Source of the DNA: an uncultured Alphaproteobacteria bacterium
GTDB taxonomy: Bacteria > Pseudomonadota > Alphaproteobacteria > Rs-D84
Assembly: GCA_944392815.1 (NCBI GenBank)
Contig: CALXXY010000003.1
Span: 20,096 to 84,095 of the forward strand
Length of the DNA stretch: 64,000 bases
Direction: 5' to 3'
The position numbers and the translations under genes were made by a program. The notes beneath the pieces were generated by a model, which worked only from the letters and a program-made list of their open reading frames with translations, was not told the origin of the DNA and did no database searches. The number at the start of each line of letters is the position of its first letter. Position 1 is the stretch's first letter. Of this stretch, positions 58,025 to 64,000 are shown piece by piece.

Positions 58025-60742
58025 ATGAGAAGGATTCTGTATTTTATCACTACTTTTGCCCTGTGCATTGGCATTGCCAACGCGGCTGTGCGTGATGAAA
58101 ATGCAACGAATCGCAATACGAATAATGCCAATCAAACAGTTTCGCGCACGGCGTCCACACGCGCCGTCGCTGGGCGCAGTGCAACTGTGCGCACGGCCAC
58201 GCCAACTGTATCGCGCACAGCATCACAAAATAACGCCACGCGAACCACCGCCGCGCGCCCATCGTCATCGTCAAATCGCCCAAATGCCACGCGCACGTCG
58301 GTGGCCCGCACGGGCAACAACACGACCCGCGCGGCAACTGCGCGCGCCGCAGCGCCGGTTGTATCACGCGCCGCCACAAACACCAGTGCAATGTCCGAAA
58401 CACGCACCGGCGCAGAATACGAGCAATGCAAAAGTGCATATTTTACATGCATGGATCAATTTTGCGAATTAAAAAACGACGACTATCGTCGCTGTTCTTG
58501 CAGTAATCGCGTGTTTGATTTAACCGAAATCCGCGACACCATGCAGGACGCCAGCGACCAATTAACCGTATTCAATGAAAATCTGAACGTTGTCGGCATG
58601 ACCGCGGCCCAGGCAACCGCCATGAAAACCGCGACCGAGGGCGAAAATGCCCTGACGTCGGACACATCTGCGTCAAAACAATTATTACAGGCCATCATGA
58701 ATTCAATACGCGGTGGCGACACGTCTGTTGGTGGCAAATATTCCGATTTGAACAGCATAACATTATCGTTTGACACAGTAAACGCGTTTGGCACTGCGGA
58801 CGCGGGTCAAATCATCGCGTCATACAACGGCCAAAATCTGTACGACGCCGTATACCCCCAATGTCGCGAGGCCGTACGCGCCGACTGTACCGACGCACAA
58901 TTACAGCGCGCAATCACCGCATATTTAATGGCAATTGAACAGGACTGCAACAGTGTCGAAACAGCAATAGAAAACAAGCAAAAGGAAATAAAATCTGCTA
59001 TCCGCGAAAGCAGCGCTATGTTGGATTTGGCCCGCGTAGAAAATCGCCAGGCGCACAATTCCAGCGACATGGCAACATGCCTGACCAATGTTGAAAACGC
59101 CATTTTAAGCGAGGAAGTTTGTGGTTCCAATTACCACAAATGCCTGGACAATGGCGAATTTATCGATGTTTCCACAGGCGCCCCAATCGCAGGCGTGGAA
59201 AATTTTTACGAATTGGGAAATCTGCTGAAATTTGCAGACGGTGTTGACGCCGCCGATCAAAAATTATCGCAAATCACATACAACAGGACTTTCGTTAAAA
59301 ATTTTGAAAATCGCGTTAAAAAATTCGCGGAACCAGAATTGGACAAATGTACGGAAATTGCCGACGTTGTTTGGTCGGAATACCTGGACAAAGCCATGCT
59401 GGACATATACTATGCCCAACAATCCAAAGTATCCGAAATCAAACAGGGTTGCTTTGATTTTGTATCTGCCTGCTATATGAACAGCGAGGCCGCCATCACA
59501 GACGCCATGGCATCACTGACCGGCGACGACACGGTTATTTTACAACCGGACAGCGTCACATTAACAACAGAAATGTGCCGTGATTATATTAATTCGTGCA
59601 ACATGATGTTCTATGACCAAACTGGCGGCCAAAACATCGTGACGGACTATATCAACAACCGCCAGGAAACAGACACATTGACCGCATGTCGCGCAGTTGT
59701 AAAACAGTGCTTTGATAACTTTGGCGGATCCGGATATGAAAACTTCTATTATCCATACAGCGGCCTGTTCAAAACGGGCGAGGCCCTGGACTGGTTCACC
59801 CTGTATGAATATGACGAAAATGGCAACCCCAACACGGACAAACCGGTATCAAAATGCGCCCAGCAATTACAGGAAATCGCGTCATGCAATACCCCCGAAA
59901 TGATGGAGAACGCCTTTGGTGGATTCGACCGCATAATCGCCGGCCGCGGGACATTCGGCGACGAAACTGTATTCTATTTTGATAAAAACGGCCAATATAA
60001 TGGCGAACCACTCGAAGATCATGCCAACATAACATACAACCATAAAAAATATGGACTGCTGGACGATGTGGCAACAGAAAACATAACCCCGATAGATATC
60101 GCAACAAACCAGGCCAGCGGTAATAAAATCAATGCGCGCGTGCTGTCGCACCACGAACCACGCCCAACTGGGGTTGCCACCGAAATTTATAACCAGATTG
60201 TCGACACACTGGCCACCCAGTGCACCAACCTGCAGGGCCGTTTTGTTGAACTGCAATTCATCAAACAAGGTTTGTACCAGGAATCCAATCTGTGCCTGTC
60301 CAACTTTGAAGGTTCAATTGAATACGGTGGTAGTGGTGGTAATGGGGCCGGAACAGCCGAAACCCCGAACCTGGTCTATTTGTACGGCATTGGCCAAGGC
60401 GAAGATATGTGCCCGCGGCAATATAATCTGGACGTGGATACCCAATCATGGGGCGCGTGCCTGTGCTGGGAAAATGGCGGTCGACGCAGCAAATGGGGCA
60501 AAAGCCCGAAATGCATCGCCGGTGTTCCGACCAGCACTGCAATGAACGATGCGAAATGCACGTCGTCCACCGTCCCCACATCAACCAGCGCCACCGCGCC
60601 AGAAAACTGGTGCACACTGGATTTAAACTCGTCCCGCCAGGTATGCCCATATGATTCTACCGAAGAAGAGGGCATGTGCAAAACACCTGAAACATCTGCT
60701 GGGGAACTGCTGCTGCATAATCTGCCCGACGCGGTCATATAA
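58025..60742 (+). CDS. Large secreted Cys-rich protein (905 aa) with low-complexity N-terminal region
   Basis: Signal peptide MRRILYFITTFALCIGIANA. About 100 aa of (S/T/A)R-rich low complexity, then a Cys-rich globular region with many N-x-S/T sites. Confidence 0.5.
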   Translation: MRRILYFITTFALCIGIANAAVRDENATNRNTNNANQTVSRTASTRAVAGRSATVRTATPTVSRTASQNNATRTTAARPSSSSNRPNATRTSVARTGNNTTRAATARAAAPVVSRAATNTSAMSETRTGAEYEQCKSAYFTCMDQFCELKNDDYRRCSCSNRVFDLTEIRDTMQDASDQLTVFNENLNVVGMTAAQATAMKTATEGENALTSDTSASKQLLQAIMNSIRGGDTSVGGKYSDLNSITLSFDTVNAFGTADAGQIIASYNGQNLYDAVYPQCREAVRADCTDAQLQRAITAYLMAIEQDCNSVETAIENKQKEIKSAIRESSAMLDLARVENRQAHNSSDMATCLTNVENAILSEEVCGSNYHKCLDNGEFIDVSTGAPIAGVENFYELGNLLKFADGVDAADQKLSQITYNRTFVKNFENRVKKFAEPELDKCTEIADVVWSEYLDKAMLDIYYAQQSKVSEIKQGCFDFVSACYMNSEAAITDAMASLTGDDTVILQPDSVTLTTEMCRDYINSCNMMFYDQTGGQNIVTDYINNRQETDTLTACRAVVKQCFDNFGGSGYENFYYPYSGLFKTGEALDWFTLYEYDENGNPNTDKPVSKCAQQLQEIASCNTPEMMENAFGGFDRIIAGRGTFGDETVFYFDKNGQYNGEPLEDHANITYNHKKYGLLDDVATENITPIDIATNQASGNKINARVLSHHEPRPTGVATEIYNQIVDTLATQCTNLQGRFVELQFIKQGLYQESNLCLSNFEGSIEYGGSGGNGAGTAETPNLVYLYGIGQGEDMCPRQYNLDVDTQSWGACLCWENGGRRSKWGKSPKCIAGVPTSTAMNDAKCTSSTVPTSTSATAPENWCTLDLNSSRQVCPYDSTEEEGMCKTPETSAGELLLHNLPDAVI

Positions 60743-60788
60743 CACGCCCGGCGGCCGCGCGCATGGGGCGGGGCACAACAAAATAAAA

Positions 60789-60820
60789 ATGCGTCACGAA
60801 TTTTCGTGACGCATTTTTTA
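60789..60820. terminator. Bidirectional terminator (905-aa gene / lpxB)
   Basis: aaaatgcgtcacgaattttcgtgacgcatttttt. Confidence 0.75.
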
Positions 60821-60836
60821 CGTTCATACACAAAAA

Positions 60837-62003
60837 CTATTTACCGCGCACAGCCGCCCGAACAGATTTCGCAATCAACGCCGCGGGCGCGCCATCAGGT
60901 CTGCGCCATAAATCATCGGCCGACGCCAACGCGTCCGTCATTTTATCGCGCACCGATGGTATTGTTAACTGTTGTACATCGTCCAAAACATTTTCTGTTG
61001 TCGCGGCGGGACCCAAAAATTCCGGATACACACCACGATTCAGCAAAATATTAACCAACGACACCCAATTAACGCGAATGACCTGGCGCACCAGCCACGT
61101 TGTTATCGGATTCATTTTATAAATAATAATCGCCGGCACATGCAACATCGCCAATTCGGCCGACACAGTACCACTGGCCGCAATCGCAATATACGTTTTT
61201 TCATACACATCATATCGCATATCCGCCGTCACCAATTCAGGTTTCACGTCCCAATGTTTAATTTGCTGACGAATGTATGCGTCCGTCGTTTCAACGGTTG
61301 GGATAACAAATTTATACCCAACATAGCCGTCCGCAACCAACTGATGCGCGACATCGCGAAAAATCGGGAACAGACGTTTGACCTCGGACATGCGGCTGCC
61401 GGGAATTAAAGTGATAATTTTTTCGTCCGTGTGCGATTTTCTTTTACGCCCCAGCAATCCATCTGCTATGGGGTGACCAACCGCAACTGTGTCCAACCCA
61501 TATTTAGTAAAATACGGTACCTCGAAATCAAAAAACGCGTATAATTTATCAAATGTCTGGGCATATTTTTTTGCGCGCCCAGCACGCCAGGCCCAAACCT
61601 GGGGCGCAACAACATGATGGAATTTCAACCCATCGGCAATCAGCGCACGCCCAGCTGGCATTTTACGCAATTTTTTTATCACGCTGCGCGCGAACCCGGG
61701 CGAATCAATCGTCAAAACTATATCGGGCCGCATTTCGACAATGGCGTCAACCGTCTGATTAATACGCCGCGTTAATGTACGCGCATGGGCCGCGACCTCT
61801 ATCACCCCCATAACGGATAAATCAGACATCGGGAACAGCGATTTCAATCCCGCCCCAATCATATTTTCACCACCAATACCAACGAACGCGGCATCGTCCA
61901 TTTCGCGCATAATACGCGCGCCCAAAACGTCACCAGACACTTCGCCGGCAATAATAAAAACTTTGATTTTTTTATTCTGCATTTTTAGAAGTACCAATTC
62001 CAC
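60837..62003 (-). CDS. lpxB: Lipid-A-disaccharide synthase
   Basis: N-terminal KVFIIAGEVSGDVLGARIM motif and GT-B fold length. Confidence 0.85.
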   Translation of the reverse strand: MELVLLKMQNKKIKVFIIAGEVSGDVLGARIMREMDDAAFVGIGGENMIGAGLKSLFPMSDLSVMGVIEVAAHARTLTRRINQTVDAIVEMRPDIVLTIDSPGFARSVIKKLRKMPAGRALIADGLKFHHVVAPQVWAWRAGRAKKYAQTFDKLYAFFDFEVPYFTKYGLDTVAVGHPIADGLLGRKRKSHTDEKIITLIPGSRMSEVKRLFPIFRDVAHQLVADGYVGYKFVIPTVETTDAYIRQQIKHWDVKPELVTADMRYDVYEKTYIAIAASGTVSAELAMLHVPAIIIYKMNPITTWLVRQVIRVNWVSLVNILLNRGVYPEFLGPAATTENVLDDVQQLTIPSVRDKMTDALASADDLWRRPDGAPAALIAKSVRAAVRGK

Positions 62004-62769
62004 GTTTCGAACGATTTTCTATGAAATCAATCGCGTCCATGGCGTATTTGTTGTTTTTTACATCTTTACGGACGCGGGCCAAACGTTCAGAAACAGTTCC
62101 ATCAGTACTGCGGAAAACAGCCGAATATACACTGTGGATTGCGTGCATATCTTCGTTTGTAAAACCATGACGCATTAATCCAACACGATTAATCGTGCGA
62201 TACACAGCACGCGGCGTCCCGTCATAAATGGCATACGGCAAAACATCGTTTCCAACGCCGGACATTCCGCCAATAAACGCATTACGCCCAATACGCGCGA
62301 ATTGCAACACCATAACGCCACCGGACAAAATCGCGTAATCTTCGACCTCTACGTGACCAGCAACCTGAACCAGATTGGACATAACAACACTGTTGCCAAT
62401 CTTGCAATCGTGCCCCACATGGGCATTCACCATAATTTGACAATCGTCACCGATAACGGTCCCGTCCGACGCAGGCGTCCCAGAATGAATGGTCACATAT
62501 TCGCGAATTTTGCACCGTTTACCGATACGCAACCCGGTCATAGCGGATTCGTCCTGCCATTTTAAATCCTGGCTCATCACGCCCAAAACGGCGAACGGAT
62601 AAACAATAGAATCATCGCCTATGGACGTTTTTCCATCAATAACGACATTTGATACCAATTCCACACGGTCACCCAAAACCACATTTGGGCCAACGATACA
62701 GAACGGTCCTATTTTGCAATCGGCGCCCAAAACGGCGCCATCATGAATAATTGCTGTTGGGTGTATCAT
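61972..62769 (-). CDS. lpxA: UDP-N-acetylglucosamine O-acyltransferase
   Basis: MIHPTAIIHDGAVLGADCKIGPFCIVGPNVVLGD hexapeptide-repeat N-terminus typical of LpxA. Overlaps lpxB by 32 nt. Confidence 0.9.
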   Translation of the reverse strand: MIHPTAIIHDGAVLGADCKIGPFCIVGPNVVLGDRVELVSNVVIDGKTSIGDDSIVYPFAVLGVMSQDLKWQDESAMTGLRIGKRCKIREYVTIHSGTPASDGTVIGDDCQIMVNAHVGHDCKIGNSVVMSNLVQVAGHVEVEDYAILSGGVMVLQFARIGRNAFIGGMSGVGNDVLPYAIYDGTPRAVYRTINRVGLMRHGFTNEDMHAIHSVYSAVFRSTDGTVSERLARVRKDVKNNKYAMDAIDFIENRSKRGIGTSKNAE

Positions 62770-62853
62770 AATATTCAGGCCTATATTTTTTTACTTTTCG
62801 CCTGGAATAATACATTATCCGCGCATAAATTGGTATTCAATAAATATAACGAA

Positions 62854-63861
62854 TTATAACAGGAATTTCATCTGGCCCCACGCATTGCCACGTGGCAAAG
62901 TTATCCAGTACAAAATCCCCAAACCGCTGACCGCGGGCATAACTGTGATTATCCCGAACAGCCCCAGCATTATCGCAAACATACGTTCACCAACATGTTC
63001 AGGCAACTTTTCCGCATGCCATATGGACATAGCAAACAATATGAAAAACACAAACGTCATGCCCAGGAAAATCACCACGGATTCAGTCAAAACAAACAAC
63101 GCCATACACAGCACTGCTATAAATCGTACCAGCCATTTTAATTTCACATACGCACTGTGCCGAATTGCACCATGTGGCCGCAGATTACGCAACGCAATCG
63201 TCGCCGCAACCGCCGCCGCCATTAAAATCAAAAACAACAAATGCACCGGCGTCAATGCCCCCAATTGACCAAACCGGAAAAATTCCGGCTGCATTAACAT
63301 GGCGACAGTCGTCACCCCCATAACCAGCGCAGTTCCCGCTATGGGTCGCATTTCGCACCGCGCCATACGCCCAACCAGTCCACCAAACAAAAACGCACCG
63401 ATTTGCAACAGTGGTCCCCACCACGCATGAATATCAGACAACCCAATCGCGGCCAAAATCATCACCCAACAAACAACAATTCCCCATTTTTGTCGGCCAC
63501 TGGCACCACGAAACTTTGGCAAATTAAACCCACGCGAATACGACCCGACAAACACAGACGCCACAAAAACTATGGCCGCGATTAAAAACGGCAACACAGT
63601 TGCATTATCACGCAACACGGCATAATTGCCGCCAAACAACACAACCCACGCCAACGTCAGAATCACCGCAGCCAGCGACGTGCGCGACATAATATTTTCT
63701 GAATTCCAGCCAATGCGCTGCAAAAACGCATGCCCACAAAAATACACCATCATAAACACAGGCACCGCCAAAATCGCCCACCACAAAAACGCAGGCGCCG
63801 CCAACGCGGCATTATTAAACGCGCTTATTGCACTTTGCACAATCATACTGCTTTCAAACAT
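62854..63861 (-). CDS. Polytopic inner-membrane protein (unknown), upstream of lpxA
   Basis: About 9 predicted TM helices. No catalytic motif recognised. Confidence 0.4.
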   Translation of the reverse strand: MFESSMIVQSAISAFNNAALAAPAFLWWAILAVPVFMMVYFCGHAFLQRIGWNSENIMSRTSLAAVILTLAWVVLFGGNYAVLRDNATVLPFLIAAIVFVASVFVGSYSRGFNLPKFRGASGRQKWGIVVCWVMILAAIGLSDIHAWWGPLLQIGAFLFGGLVGRMARCEMRPIAGTALVMGVTTVAMLMQPEFFRFGQLGALTPVHLLFLILMAAAVAATIALRNLRPHGAIRHSAYVKLKWLVRFIAVLCMALFVLTESVVIFLGMTFVFFILFAMSIWHAEKLPEHVGERMFAIMLGLFGIITVMPAVSGLGILYWITLPRGNAWGQMKFLL

Positions 63862-63900
63862 AAACTTGCCTTTTTACTTTGTTGGATTATTATACAGACA

Positions 63901-64000
63901 TGGCGCAAAAACAAGAAATTTTTACCCTGATGGGCGGTCGTGTCCGCATAAGTCGCGGTCGATACAACCCCACGTCCGACGCAGTTTGGCTGGCGGCATT
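63901..64000 (+). CDS. 5' fragment of a probable SAM-dependent methyltransferase (truncated by the window)
   Basis: MAQKQEIFTLMGGRVRISRGRYNPTSDAVWLAA resembles the N-terminus of the small-domain methyltransferase family. Confidence 0.25.

Overview
This window is a gene-dense, mostly housekeeping stretch of a bacterial chromosome. The gene content points to an alphaproteobacterium, possibly an intracellular or amoeba-associated lineage: a DUF1013 gene upstream of rpoD, DUF2155, gcrA, S16 with an Ala/Glu-rich tail, alpha-type addA, and many small Cys-rich secreted proteins. Recognisable core genes are accA (5' truncated), cysS, rpoD, addA, recN, xseA, tsaD, rplS, trmD, rimM, rpsP, gdh, ybgC-tolQ-tolR-tolA, ruvB, pfk, an OmpR-type two-component pair, argS, rplM-rpsI, tig, thyA, rpsA, adk-like, corA, acpS, gcrA, rmlA, lpxB-lpxA and seven tRNA genes. 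Many CDS are followed by clean rho-independent terminators.

The most unusual signal is a repeated non-coding element present twice in the same orientation (28043-28303 and 48288-48706). Each copy has a 114-nt, about 97% identical, highly structured G-rich core containing a G11 homopolymer and three nested hairpins. The core is followed by a variable array of hairpin modules clamped by TATTATT and AATAATA and preceded by ACTCT-type short repeats. Each copy sits within 60 bp of one of two homologous small Cys-rich ORFs, which lie in opposite orientations, and each abuts the stop codon of a minus-strand gene.

Other points worth a second look: tandem or short-range duplications of the last 20 nt of tRNA-Gly and tRNA-Pro (att-like scars); addA split into separately framed helicase and nuclease ORFs with no adjacent addB; a paralogous pair of Cys/His-motif proteins; small Cys-rich ORFs inserted into the rpsP-rimM-trmD-rplS operon; a tol cluster that stops at tolA; and several large secreted repeat or Cys-rich proteins (LRR-like, TG-dipeptide repeat, Pro-rich) clustered near tRNA genes.

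All calls are from reading the sequence and ORF translations by eye. No database searches were possible.
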